Translations under genes and position numbers: made by a program
In this document: positions 17,962-27,267 of the stretch, one piece after another
How positions within the stretch are numbered: position 1 is the stretch's first letter
Layout: the number at the start of each line of letters is the position of its first letter
The notes under the pieces: generated by a model
The model's database searches: none
The model's input: only the letters and a program-made list of their open reading frames with translations
What the model was told of the DNA's origin: nothing
Source: Candidatus Iainarchaeum sp.
GTDB lineage: Archaea; B1Sed10-29; WALL01; JAGHAM01
Length of the DNA stretch: 64,000 bases
Assembly (NCBI GenBank): GCA_021161465.1
Contig: JAGHAM010000012.1
Span: 180-64,179, forward strand
Reading direction: 5' to 3'

Positions 17962-18211
17962 GGGCGCGTAGCCTAGTCAGGATAGGGCACTGGCCTCCTA
18001 ATTGGTCCCAATGACTGAAACGCTTTCGGAGCTTTATGCTATGACGATGTGAACAACCAAGGAGGGAGCCAGCGGTCGAGGGTTCAAAATAAGGGGCACC
18101 TACGGTTCCCCCTTATAAGCCCCCTCCCTTGATGGGATGGAAAGCAGTAAGGGGCGTTAGGCGTTCCTTATCAGCCCTTCTCCTTTGCGAGTGGAATTCC
18201 CTCCGCGTCCG
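17962..18211 (+). tRNA. tRNA-Arg (anticodon CCU) with two introns: about 66 nt at 37/38 and about 109 nt in the T-loop near 59/60
   Basis: Hand-folded. Acceptor GGGCGCG/CGCGTCC (G3:U70). D arm GCCT..GGGC. Anticodon stem CTGGC (17990-17994) / GCCAG (18068-18072), loop CTCCTAA. T stem GAGGG (18078-18082) / CCCTC (18199-18203), loop TTCAAA..T. Mature length 75 nt. No encoded CCA. Confidence 0.8.
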
Positions 18212-18264
18212 CTAGAAATATTTTTATTGTTTTATGCACAAAAAATCAGCCTAGTGGTGGTATC

Positions 18265-19212
18265 ATGAAGAGGGTCTTTCTTCCTTTGGTCATGCTTGCA
18301 ATAGTTCTTAGCATTGGATGCTTAGAGCAGGGTGGCAATGTCCCTTCAATACCTAGCATCAGTGCTGACAATGCTTCCAACACTTCTGATTTGAAGAGCC
18401 TGCAGGAGCAGGTTCAGATATTGTCAAAAGAGAACCTCGGACTAAAACAGAAGCTTTATGAGATGAACATGTCTTTGGAGCACTATAAGACTGAGCTAAT
18501 TGCTTATCAGGAAAAGCTGCGTTCGGTGACCATGGAAGGCAACGTTTCCTGGGTTAGTGGTTACGCACAGCTAGACGCGCCTGCAGTCAGGCAAAGGATA
18601 GAGCAGGAGGGAGACTTCCCATTTTCCTACCCAAAGACAATTACAGAAGGGGCAATGTTGACCATAAGCGCCGAAGTGAAGGAAGGTAGGGGAAGGATAA
18701 TGGTGGTTACTAATCCTTTAATGGGGCCAATATTCCAGGATGCTGCCAACACGGCTGTCCTGGTGACAGAGAATAAAACAGGAGTTAAGCTGGACAGCAG
18801 TGATGTTATTTTCAGTGTAAATGGGACTAATGTTTCTGAAGTTGATGGGCCAAGTGCTGGTGCTGTAATGACAACGCTTTTGATAGCTGCCGTTGAGGGA
18901 AAAGAGCTGAACCAAACTATTGCCATGACAGGAACTATTTCTCAAAATGGCAGCATAGGGGCGATAGGCGGCGTTTTTGAAAAGGCCCAGGCAGCGAAGA
19001 AAGCCGGCAAAAAGCTGTTCCTCCTGCCGCGCGGAAACAAAGTTCTGGCCAAGTGGGTTGAAACGCGCGAGGAGCGTGGGATGATGACCATAATAAGCAG
19101 GAAGGCAGTTCCAGTTGATGCGAAGGAGTATATAGAAGAAAAGGTTGGCATCAAGGTTGAGTATGTGGATAACATAGATGATGCACTAAAACATTTTTTC
19201 ATAAATCAGTAG
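18265..19212 (+). CDS. membrane/lipid-anchored S16 (Lon C-terminal proteolytic domain) peptidase without an ATPase module
   Basis: Signal peptide ending in lipobox-like LSIGC. Coiled-coil segment. Lon protease core DGPSAGAVMTTLLIAA..IAMTGTISQNGSIGAIGGVFEKAQAAKKAG. Confidence 0.75.
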   Translation: MKRVFLPLVMLAIVLSIGCLEQGGNVPSIPSISADNASNTSDLKSLQEQVQILSKENLGLKQKLYEMNMSLEHYKTELIAYQEKLRSVTMEGNVSWVSGYAQLDAPAVRQRIEQEGDFPFSYPKTITEGAMLTISAEVKEGRGRIMVVTNPLMGPIFQDAANTAVLVTENKTGVKLDSSDVIFSVNGTNVSEVDGPSAGAVMTTLLIAAVEGKELNQTIAMTGTISQNGSIGAIGGVFEKAQAAKKAGKKLFLLPRGNKVLAKWVETREERGMMTIISRKAVPVDAKEYIEEKVGIKVEYVDNIDDALKHFFINQ

Positions 19213-19327
19213 CGTCTGGGTGCAATACTAGAGCATATGAAATTTACCAACATATGACCTTCCAGTATTACATAACACGAATCAACGAAACGATTATAAT
19301 AGATAAATCCTAAATTCTTCCATATGT

Positions 19328-19486
19328 GGGGTCGTGAGGTAACCTGGCTATCCTAAGTGGCTCCAGGGTTTCCTAGTGGTATGCTGAGGCGAAAGCCGAT
19401 GATTGCACATTTGGAGCGAGGATACCACTTTATCTGGGTTCAAATACGTTTCCTCCTGGAAGCGAAGGAAATTCCCGGCGACCCCA
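19328..19486 (+). tRNA. tRNA-Trp (anticodon CCA) with two introns: 57 nt at 37/38 and about 28 nt in the T-loop near 59/60
   Basis: Hand-folded. Acceptor GGGGTCG/CGACCCC. Anticodon stem AGTGG (19356-19360) / CCACT (19425-19429), loop CTCCAG|A. T stem CTGGG / CCCGG (19474-19478), loop TTCAAA..T. Mature length 74 nt. No encoded CCA. Confidence 0.8.
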
Positions 19487-19550
19487 CTTCACTTAAAATC
19501 AGGGTTAAATTTAAAAACTTATGGGCGTTAATTACCTCAGGTGATTTAAC

Positions 19551-19922
19551 ATGGCAGAAATACAGACAGGCCCAACACCTACTGGCTCATCAAACGATGG
19601 TAGGATATTGGCAGCATTGGGATACATACTTTGGATTGTGGCTTTGGTAGCTTACTTTATTAAGCCAGAGGACAAGTATTTAAGATTCCACTCACTGCAG
19701 GCGATTTTACTAAGTGTAGCAGAATTTGTGGTGGGCATAGGCGTGGGAATCTTCTGCATCTTATTGGTGTTCACAGGGATAGGTGCGTTGCTGGTTCCAA
19801 TCGTTTGGCTTGGTTTCTTGACAGCAATCTTTGTTATAGCAGTAGTATTCGCAGTGTGGGCGTATCAAGGCAAGAGAACAAAAATACCAATCATAGGTGG
19901 AATTGCAGAAAGTCATGCATAA
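19551..19922 (+). CDS. small integral membrane protein (DUF4870-like)
   Basis: 123 aa with 3 TM helices. ILAALGYILWIVALVAYFIKPEDKYLRFHSLQAILL resembles DUF4870-type proteins. Confidence 0.5.
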   Translation: MAEIQTGPTPTGSSNDGRILAALGYILWIVALVAYFIKPEDKYLRFHSLQAILLSVAEFVVGIGVGIFCILLVFTGIGALLVPIVWLGFLTAIFVIAVVFAVWAYQGKRTKIPIIGGIAESHA

Positions 19923-19987
19923 CTTAGTAGGGCCGTAACCCCCGTTCTACTAACCTTATAGTCTTGTTGGGGGGTAAAACCCCCTCA

Positions 19988-21748
19988 TTAACTATTTGAA
20001 CGTTTTCTTAGAAGCAGGAAGCCAACGAGCGCAACTATGAGTACCAGAGCAATGATTATAACTAATCCCACGACGATAATCACAATTAAACTCAAATTGA
20101 ACCCGCTCTCCTGATTGGTTTCATCGATAAGGGTTTCTGCATTTTTCAGCTTGGTTATCGCATCTTCCCAGTCTCTTGAGGAAACCAAATGCTTAGCTTC
20201 AGTGATGTACTCATTAATTTCGTTCAGCTTTTGCCGGAGCTGAGTTACGTTTTCCCCCTTATTTTCTTTCTCAGTGATTTTCTCTCTTAATTTATTTGCC
20301 CCCTTCTCAGCATTATCAATTTTTTCTGTGAACAACTCAGACAATTCATCATTCATAGTCTCCTGTGCTTTACTGTACTCCTCTTTTGCCTTCAAGGCTA
20401 CTGTTAGAGCCTTGACATATTCTTTAGAATTTAAGTAACCTACAGCTGAATCGTAATCATTTTTAGCTTTTGACATCAAAGAGTGAGTTTTTGGTAAGGA
20501 CATACCGTGTTTTGTGATTATAGTGAACATATTTTCTAAGTCGTCCTTAGTCCCCTTAACTTCATCTATTACCTTTGAGGCTTGTGCTGATGGTTTTTCT
20601 AAGAATACTTCTGCTTTTGTTTCTTGTCCTTCTATGATGACATACCCTGCACCTAAATTTGTGAAATTTTGTGGAGGATACCCATCACCACTAAGTTCAA
20701 GCATGACAGTCCCTTCTGGAAGCCTTATGCTAGCTTCTCCATTTTCATCTGTTGTAATTTTACCTAATTGCACGTGGGTAAGCATATCAAATATTTTCAC
20801 AGTTAATCCCTTTAGGACCCCTTTATCATCTTTATCCCTGGTTGTGACCTTCAACACACTATCTGTTCCAGAGTCAATCCGCGGATCAACGACGACAACA
20901 GGCTCATTCGATGTTTCTAGCTCTGATTCAGATGATCCTACTAGCGAGTATGTTGCTTCAGCTGCAGAAAAGTCATAGCTCATTGGCTCGCTTTTGTTGG
21001 GTGCCTGCAGAAGGTATGTTAATGTAAGTGTATTGTCAGGTTCTAAGGTCGTTATACCTTTGTCCTTAAGCGTGTTGTAGCTTATATCTATCCTGCCTGC
21101 AGTCTCTGTAGTGTAAGGTATCTTCTCATTTATGTCATTAACAAAAATCAAAGGATATAAGGTGAACTCAGGATTGTATTCATCTTTTATCTCAAAACCA
21201 GTTAAATCTTTGTCAACTAGATTTTTCAAAATTAACTTAACTTTGAGATATCTTCCACTTGAAACGGCTGATGGTTGGACAATCTTTGAAAGTGGTCTTA
21301 CGTATGTTACATTCAAGTCTAAGTTAAAACTCTCGCACCTAAATCTATTATAGTAATTGCTGTCTATTAACGTGAAGGAATTTACCCCTGGTTTGAAGTT
21401 GCTGATACACCTTGTGTATATCTCCTTGGTTTGCTTATTAGAATCCAAATCATTAAGATAGGCACATCTCCCATCACTCACTTTCAATTCGATATCCCTG
21501 TTCCTCCAATCTCCACTACCACTTTCACACCAGTATACAGCATCTACTTTTTTTATCTTACTCCTTTGCGGTATGTTTAGTTCAAAGTTAAACTTTCCGT
21601 ATACTGGGTTTCCAGTTTCCTCGTGATCCAAAATCAAGTTCCTTACGACAGGTATGTTTACAGTTAGGGTTTCCTCTTGGGCTAACACCTGTGGACTTAA
21701 AAGCGAGAACAGGATAACCATACAAAGTAGCTTCCAAAGTGGTGGCAT
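19988..21748 (-). CDS. secreted surface protein with a C-terminal TM anchor and a carboxypeptidase-regulatory-like beta-sandwich
   Basis: N-terminal signal peptide (LFSLLSPQVLAQE). Block LKGLTVKIFDMLTHVQLGKITTDENGEASIRLPEG. Coiled-coil stalk. C-terminal TM helix followed by LLRKRSNS. Confidence 0.5.
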   Translation of the reverse strand: MPPLWKLLCMVILFSLLSPQVLAQEETLTVNIPVVRNLILDHEETGNPVYGKFNFELNIPQRSKIKKVDAVYWCESGSGDWRNRDIELKVSDGRCAYLNDLDSNKQTKEIYTRCISNFKPGVNSFTLIDSNYYNRFRCESFNLDLNVTYVRPLSKIVQPSAVSSGRYLKVKLILKNLVDKDLTGFEIKDEYNPEFTLYPLIFVNDINEKIPYTTETAGRIDISYNTLKDKGITTLEPDNTLTLTYLLQAPNKSEPMSYDFSAAEATYSLVGSSESELETSNEPVVVVDPRIDSGTDSVLKVTTRDKDDKGVLKGLTVKIFDMLTHVQLGKITTDENGEASIRLPEGTVMLELSGDGYPPQNFTNLGAGYVIIEGQETKAEVFLEKPSAQASKVIDEVKGTKDDLENMFTIITKHGMSLPKTHSLMSKAKNDYDSAVGYLNSKEYVKALTVALKAKEEYSKAQETMNDELSELFTEKIDNAEKGANKLREKITEKENKGENVTQLRQKLNEINEYITEAKHLVSSRDWEDAITKLKNAETLIDETNQESGFNLSLIVIIVVGLVIIIALVLIVALVGFLLLRKRSNS

Positions 21749-21867
21749 GCTTATTCACCCAATGTGTATAAGGATATCCTTTATAAAAACATTTACGTTC
21801 CACAAAAGCTTTTTAAATGAAATAGCTCATAATTACAGCCACTCATTTCTAGTGTCAGGTGTGATAA

Positions 21868-22398
21868 ATGGGAAAAAGACCAGCTAGATGTTATAGAAGG
21901 GTAGCAGGACCCGCATATACTCGTACTGCCAGGAGGGTTGTCAGAAAGGCATTCATTCGTGGAGTACCAAACCCAGTCTTGACCCATATGGACATGGGCA
22001 ATTCGGGTTTGAAATACAAATACCAGGTTTTGCTGGTTTCAGATGACTGGGTCCAGGTTAGGCATAATGCCCTTGAGGCTTGCAGGATAGTTGTGAACAA
22101 GGTACTATCAAAGGAAGTTGGCGTTGATAATTTCCACTTCCAGGTGAGGGCTTACCCACACCATGTGCTTAGGGAAAATGCGATAATAACTGGTGCTGGT
22201 GCAGATAGGCTTCAGACTGGTATGAGGCATGCTTTTGGAAGGCCCAAGTCAAGGGCGGCGAGAATCAAGCCAGGCCAGGCAGTTTTTAGTGTGAAGGTGA
22301 ACACGAAGAAGGCTGTTGAAACAGCTAGAGCGGCTTTTAAGAAAATAAAGCCAAAGTTGCCTATGGCTACTTCGATAGAGCTAGTTGAGTTAAATTAG
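21868..22398 (+). CDS. rpl10e: 50S ribosomal protein L10e (uL16)
   Basis: MGKRPARCYRRVAGPAYTR N-terminus and RLQTGMRHAFGRP block. Confidence 0.95.
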   Translation: MGKRPARCYRRVAGPAYTRTARRVVRKAFIRGVPNPVLTHMDMGNSGLKYKYQVLLVSDDWVQVRHNALEACRIVVNKVLSKEVGVDNFHFQVRAYPHHVLRENAIITGAGADRLQTGMRHAFGRPKSRAARIKPGQAVFSVKVNTKKAVETARAAFKKIKPKLPMATSIELVELN

Positions 22399-22412
22399 GC
22401 TTTGGTGTAAGA

Positions 22413-23297
22413 ATGGGGAAAATTTTGCTGCAACTACCTGAGGGTTTGAAAACGAGAGCAATCAAGCTGGCAAAGGAGCTAAAGTCGAAAGGCAATGAGG
22501 TTGTAATCTGGGGCGAGCGGTGCTACGGTGCGTGTGATGTTAAAACTTTGCCAGGCTATAGGACTTTACACTATGGCCATTCTAAGATGCTGGATATACC
22601 AAATGTTGAGTATGAACCATGGAGGATAAACAAAGATTTGGTGCCAGTTGTAACCAAGGCACTACCGATGCTCCCTAAAAAAGTTGGTCTTGCCTCTACT
22701 ATACAACATTCGCATAAGCTGGGTGAGGTGAAGGATTTCCTTGAAAGCCATGGGAAGACAGCAATTATCATACCAAAAGGGGCGCGATGCTCTGAGGAAG
22801 GGCAGGTTCTTGGCTGTGATGTGTCCGGAGCCGTTGCTATAAAGGATGATGTTGACGTGTTTTTGTTCATAGGCACAGGGCTTTTTCACCCAATGGGCAT
22901 TGCCTATTATACTGGTAAAGAGGTGGTTAGGGCTGACCCCATAACCCAAGAGGTTGAGGATGTAGATGCAACAAAATGGATTAAGGCAAGAGCTTTGAGA
23001 CAAAGCAAAGCTATGGGTGCAAAGAGCTTTGGTGTTGTGGTCAGCCTGAAGCCAGGGCAAAATCAAATGGAAAGTGCAGGGAAAATATGCGAAAAGCTTG
23101 AGAGTTCAGGTTATCCAGCTTATATCATTGCTGTGGACGAGCTAAGCCCGGACAAGTTGCTCGGGTTTGATGTAGATGCATTTATAATTACGGCTTGTCC
23201 CCGCATAGTCATCGATGACTGGAAGAATTACGACAAGCCAGTGTTGTTGCCGGAGGAAGTAGAAGAGGTTTTAAATACCTATGTACATAAAATGTAA
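22413..23297 (+). CDS. dph2: diphthamide synthesis enzyme Dph2 (2-(3-amino-3-carboxypropyl)histidine synthase)
   Basis: LQLPEGLK start, GERCYGACD, LHYGHS and ACPRIVIDD blocks typical of archaeal Dph2. Confidence 0.8.
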   Translation: MGKILLQLPEGLKTRAIKLAKELKSKGNEVVIWGERCYGACDVKTLPGYRTLHYGHSKMLDIPNVEYEPWRINKDLVPVVTKALPMLPKKVGLASTIQHSHKLGEVKDFLESHGKTAIIIPKGARCSEEGQVLGCDVSGAVAIKDDVDVFLFIGTGLFHPMGIAYYTGKEVVRADPITQEVEDVDATKWIKARALRQSKAMGAKSFGVVVSLKPGQNQMESAGKICEKLESSGYPAYIIAVDELSPDKLLGFDVDAFIITACPRIVIDDWKNYDKPVLLPEEVEEVLNTYVHKM

Positions 23298-23322
23298 CAA
23301 CTCTTTCTTAGAGGGGATATCA

Positions 23323-23847
23323 ATGGGTGCATATCAAAAGATAACAGAAAATATCCAGAAACAAGTGAAGGGGAAAACCAAGTTTCACAAGGAAGCTCTC
23401 CTAACTGCAAGGACTCAGCCAGTGGTAATGCGAGTTGAAAGGCCTGCTAATCTCTCCAGGGCAAGAAGCCTTGGTTACAAAGCCAAGCAGGGCTTTGTGG
23501 TAGTTAGAGTTAGGGTTAAGAGAGGGTCTGGGATGCATACCCGACCAAGCAGAGGCAGAAGACCAAAACGTATGGGTGTAAACAAGCTTACCCGTGCCAA
23601 GTCCAAGCAGCTTATAGCGGAGGAGCGGGCACAGAGGAAATATCCTAACCTAGAAGTGCTTAATTCCTACTGGGTTATAGAGGATGGCACTTACAAGTGG
23701 TATGAAGTGATTATGCTTGACCCAAACAACCCGGCTATAAAGGGAGACAAAGATTTCTCATGGATTTTGTCGAGTAAGCATGTTGGCAGGGTCCACAGGG
23801 GAAAAACTAAAGCCGGGAGGAAGGCAGCAGGGAAGCTCTCAAGGTGA
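23323..23847 (+). CDS. rpl15e: 50S ribosomal protein L15e (eL15)
   Basis: MGAYQKI..., RARSLGYKAKQGFVVVRVRVKRG, RPKRMG blocks. Start moved to the internal ATG that matches the family N-terminus. Confidence 0.9.
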   Translation: MGAYQKITENIQKQVKGKTKFHKEALLTARTQPVVMRVERPANLSRARSLGYKAKQGFVVVRVRVKRGSGMHTRPSRGRRPKRMGVNKLTRAKSKQLIAEERAQRKYPNLEVLNSYWVIEDGTYKWYEVIMLDPNNPAIKGDKDFSWILSSKHVGRVHRGKTKAGRKAAGKLSR

Positions 23848-23851
23848 GCTG

Positions 23852-24184
23852 ATGCATGTGGGCACTCTGTGCATAGAGGCTTTTGTTTATCCAACAGAGG
23901 ATGAAGAAAAAGTTTTGAAGGCACTGGAATATCTAATCGATGCTAAACCCAGCAGAACAGAGGCAAGTTTGGGGTTTGGCGGAAAGATAACAATATTGCG
24001 GGTGTGCACTAATGATGCTGAGCAGATAGATAGCATCCTCAAGCGCCTTGGTGGGATTGTCAATCTTGAGGGGTGTGTTGACAGGGATGGAAACCTTGAT
24101 TTTTCACTGGACAAGCAAAGAGCCTTCCTTGGGCAGCTTGCGCTTGGGAAGGGGATAAAAGTTAAGTCGCGCAAAAGCCGTTAG
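23852..24184 (+). CDS. UPF0201/COG1931-type predicted RNA-binding protein of the exosome superoperon
   Basis: 110 aa from the internal ATG. Has an EAFVYPTEDEEKVLKAL block. Conserved position between rpl15e and the RNase P subunits. Confidence 0.6.
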   Translation: MHVGTLCIEAFVYPTEDEEKVLKALEYLIDAKPSRTEASLGFGGKITILRVCTNDAEQIDSILKRLGGIVNLEGCVDRDGNLDFSLDKQRAFLGQLALGKGIKVKSRKSR

Positions 24185-24193
24185 GTGGTGTAT

Positions 24194-24718
24194 ATGGTAT
24201 ACTATGACCTGCTTGCTAAGACCATGAAGGCAAGGGAAGTTGCTGAGGAGTTGGGTTTTAAGACCTACCCTTTCGTTGAGCTGCAGCCAGAGGAACTTGA
24301 CAGGGCCTATGACTCAACTAAGGTGGTTTTTGTCAGGGGAGGGACACTGGAACAAAACAAAAAGATAGTGAGGTCTCCCTGTGATGTCATCCTGGATGCG
24401 ACCAGTGTGGATTCCGCTGTTGTACAGGTTGCCATTGACAACAATGTTACATTTGGCATTTCGCTGCACCAGTTCCTTTACTCAAAAAAGCTTAGAAGGG
24501 CTAAGCTAATTGGCTTTTACACTCGCTTGGTTAAGCTTTACAACAATATGGGCGCTAACATTGTCCTAGTTTCTGGTGCAACAAACAATTTTGAGGCAAG
24601 GCCACCAGAGCAGCTAGCCTCACTTGGCATGTTGCTTGGCCAGACGAAGCGGCAGGCAAAGTGGAGCATATCAAAAGTACCAGAGAGCATAATATCAAGG
24701 AAGAAGGGGGATGATTAG
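24194..24718 (+). CDS. rnp3: RNase P protein subunit Rpp30 (Rnp3)
   Basis: MVYYDL.. start, TIM-barrel-like pattern, and superoperon position immediately upstream of pop5. Confidence 0.7.
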   Translation: MVYYDLLAKTMKAREVAEELGFKTYPFVELQPEELDRAYDSTKVVFVRGGTLEQNKKIVRSPCDVILDATSVDSAVVQVAIDNNVTFGISLHQFLYSKKLRRAKLIGFYTRLVKLYNNMGANIVLVSGATNNFEARPPEQLASLGMLLGQTKRQAKWSISKVPESIISRKKGDD

Positions 24719-25133
24719 CTTGAAACCATATCCATCAGCGCTTAAAGAGAAGCATAGATACATATCCTTCAAGGCTCATGCCAAGATGCAGTTTACAGAA
24801 AACCAGGTTAAACATTCTTTGAACGATTCCATGTATTGTTTGTTTGGTGAGACCGGGATGGCTCTGTCCGACTTTAAAGTGGTTGAATACGAGCCAGAAA
24901 CCATGAGTGGAATAATTAGATGCACAGCTGAATTACTTGATTACGTCATTGTTGCACTTACCCTTATCAAAGATATCCAAGGAAAGGTTGCATGGTTTCA
25001 GACACTTGGGACAAGTGGGACTATAAAGGCCTGCAGGGAGAAGTACGGGTACAAGCCACCAAAGGCCCAAGCAAAACCCAGAAAGGAAAGATTGTCTTTA
25101 AAACCGTCGGAAATAATGAAATATTCAAAGTAG
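24711..25133 (+). CDS. rnp2: RNase P protein subunit Pop5 (Rnp2)
   Basis: LKEKHRYISFKAHA N-terminal block characteristic of Pop5/Rpp14. Start overlaps rnp3. Synteny. Confidence 0.75.
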   Translation: MISLKPYPSALKEKHRYISFKAHAKMQFTENQVKHSLNDSMYCLFGETGMALSDFKVVEYEPETMSGIIRCTAELLDYVIVALTLIKDIQGKVAWFQTLGTSGTIKACREKYGYKPPKAQAKPRKERLSLKPSEIMKYSK

Positions 25134-25196
25134 CTATGTTAATTATTTATACCATGAGTGGCGTAAAATATAGAAACGTAAAGAGAGGTGTTTTTA

Positions 25197-25916
25197 ATGT
25201 ATCCTCATTCTTCAGCAGCATATGATAGAGCAATCACAGTATTTTCACCTGATGGGCGATTATTCCAGGTCGAATATGCCCGAGAGGCCGTTAAGCGCGG
25301 CACAACGGCACTTGGGATAGTTTTTGATGGAGGCGGTCTCCTTGCAACGGATAAGGGAGCAAGATCAAAGCTTATTCGGTCAGAATCCATAGAAAAGATA
25401 TTCAAGATAGATGAGCATATTGGTGCTGCCACCTCCGGGCTAGTGGCTGATGCTAGAAGGATTATTCATCATGCTAGGATAGAAGCCCAGAGGGAAAGAG
25501 TAGCTTACAATAACCCAATATCTGTGGAGGAGCTAACCAAACAGGTTTGTGACTTGAAGCAGATGTACACTCAATATGGTGGCACACGTCCTTTTGGAAC
25601 AGCTTTGCTTATACTTGGTGCCGATAACTCCGGGGTGAAACTCTTTGAGACTGACCCAAGTGGAGCATTTTCTGGTGTGTATGCAGCTGCAATTGGCTCT
25701 GGGAGAAAAGATGTTGAAGCTATGTTTGAGAAGTCATATAATGAAAAGGCAGGACTTGAAGATTCGATAAGGCTGGCATATAAGGCACTGAAAAGTGTTG
25801 GCGGAAAAGGCACTAGCATAGATACACTCGAATTTTACTATGTCATGGCAGAGGAAGCTAAATTCAAGAAGCTGCCAGTGGATGAGTTGAGAAAAATCCT
25901 GAAGTTGAAAGGGTGA
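25197..25916 (+). CDS. psmA: proteasome alpha subunit
   Basis: [27 protein letters not shown] signature. ATG follows GAGGTG. Confidence 0.95.
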   Translation: MYPHSSAAYDRAITVFSPDGRLFQVEYAREAVKRGTTALGIVFDGGGLLATDKGARSKLIRSESIEKIFKIDEHIGAATSGLVADARRIIHHARIEAQRERVAYNNPISVEELTKQVCDLKQMYTQYGGTRPFGTALLILGADNSGVKLFETDPSGAFSGVYAAAIGSGRKDVEAMFEKSYNEKAGLEDSIRLAYKALKSVGGKGTSIDTLEFYYVMAEEAKFKKLPVDELRKILKLKG

Positions 25917-25920
25917 AGGC

Positions 25921-26619
25921 ATGATTCCCCTCGATAAGGCAGTTGTTGCAAGGCTTGAGAAGCAAGGGCACCACTTTGACATATATGTGGACCCTGAAAA
26001 ATCCTGGGAGATAAAGGAAGGCAAGGACATACCTGTAGATGATGTCATTGCATCTGATGAGATTTACAAGGATGCGGGCAAAGCTGAGAAAGCGTCTGAG
26101 GAAGTCCTAGAGGATGTTTTTGGGACAACAGATTACAGGGAAATATGTAAGACAATAATGAGAGAAGGCGAAATACAGGTAACGACTGAACAGAGGAGAA
26201 AGATGCAGGAAAACAGAAAGAAGCAGGTGATAAACCTGATTGCGATGGAAGCAATTGACCCACGAACCAATTCACCACACCCTCCTGCTAGAATAGAGAT
26301 GGCAATGGAGGAGGCTAAAGTGCATATAGACCCATTTAAGAGCCCGCAGCGCCAGATGGAGAAAGTGGTTGAGGCGATACAGGATAAAATACCCATTAAG
26401 TTGGCGAGGGCTAGAATTGCCATAAGGATACCATCAGAATACGCTGGCAAGGCTTATGGCTATATGCATGGCTTTAAGAGGGTTAAGGAAGAATGGGGTA
26501 ATGATGGCTCTTTTATGGCTGTTATTGACATACCTGCTGGTCTGCAATCTCAACTTTTCGAGAGGCTCAATGAGATAACCCATGGCTCGACAGAAACAAA
26601 ACTGCTGGAAACATATTGA
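25921..26619 (+). CDS. sdo1: SBDS-family ribosome maturation protein Sdo1
   Basis: [31 protein letters not shown]-domain start. Superoperon position. Confidence 0.85.
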   Translation: MIPLDKAVVARLEKQGHHFDIYVDPEKSWEIKEGKDIPVDDVIASDEIYKDAGKAEKASEEVLEDVFGTTDYREICKTIMREGEIQVTTEQRRKMQENRKKQVINLIAMEAIDPRTNSPHPPARIEMAMEEAKVHIDPFKSPQRQMEKVVEAIQDKIPIKLARARIAIRIPSEYAGKAYGYMHGFKRVKEEWGNDGSFMAVIDIPAGLQSQLFERLNEITHGSTETKLLETY

Positions 26620-26643
26620 CTTCTTCTTTGATTGGTGAAACGA

Positions 26644-27267
26644 ATGAGAGAGATTGTAATTCCGGGTGAAGAGATTTCAGATAAGAATCTTAAAGTTGGG
26701 GAGGGTTCTTACATAAAGGAGGGTAAGGTGTACTCCTCAGTTTATGGTATGGTTTCTGTGACAGGGAACACTGTTAGGGTAGTGCCATTACATGGGAAGT
26801 ATATACCTAAAAGGGGAGACCAGGTAATAGGCATAGCAAAGACTTTGACCTTTAAGGGTATTTTTGTTGATATAAACTCACCTTATGATGGGTTCTTGCC
26901 TTTAGAGCGGATTAGATATCATGTTGGCGATGTGATGCTGGCAGATGTTGCACGTGTCTCCAACGTTAATGAAGTAACGCTTGATAGGCCAAAACGGCTT
27001 TCAGAAGGCAGGGTGGTTGAGATACAGCCAACTAAAATACCAAGAGTGATAGGTAGGAAGGGTTCTATGCTTAGGGTGATACGGGAAGTTACTGGTTCTT
27101 ACCTGACTGTTGGCAGGAATGGCAGGATTTTTGTCAAGGCCGATGATGATATTGCTAGGGTTGTTGAGGAAGCTCTTAAGATGATTGAGAAAGAGGCTTT
27201 GTCGTATGGCTTGACGGCAAGAGTAAAGGAGTTCCTTGAATCCAGAATGAAGGAGGAAGGAAAATGA
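26644..27267 (+). CDS. rrp4: exosome RNA-binding subunit Rrp4 (S1 + KH)
   Basis: [11 protein letters not shown] start, S1 block [12 protein letters not shown] block [17 protein letters not shown]. Confidence 0.9.
   Translation: MREIVIPGEEISDKNLKVGEGSYIKEGKVYSSVYGMVSVTGNTVRVVPLHGKYIPKRGDQVIGIAKTLTFKGIFVDINSPYDGFLPLERIRYHVGDVMLADVARVSNVNEVTLDRPKRLSEGRVVEIQPTKIPRVIGRKGSMLRVIREVTGSYLTVGRNGRIFVKADDDIARVVEEALKMIEKEALSYGLTARVKEFLESRMKEEGK

Noticed and set aside
18001-18066. Box C/D guide RNA in the first intron of tRNA-Arg (words CTGA at 18015 and ATGACGA at 18041)
   Set aside because: The motif-like words are not arranged as C-guide-D'/C'-guide-D. AATGA and CTGA are directly adjacent, and I found no convincing complementarity to the tRNA exons.
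19357-19650. 97-aa ORF on the + strand
   Set aside because: It runs straight through the tRNA-Trp gene and its introns and into the start of the DUF4870-like gene, and has no protein-like features.
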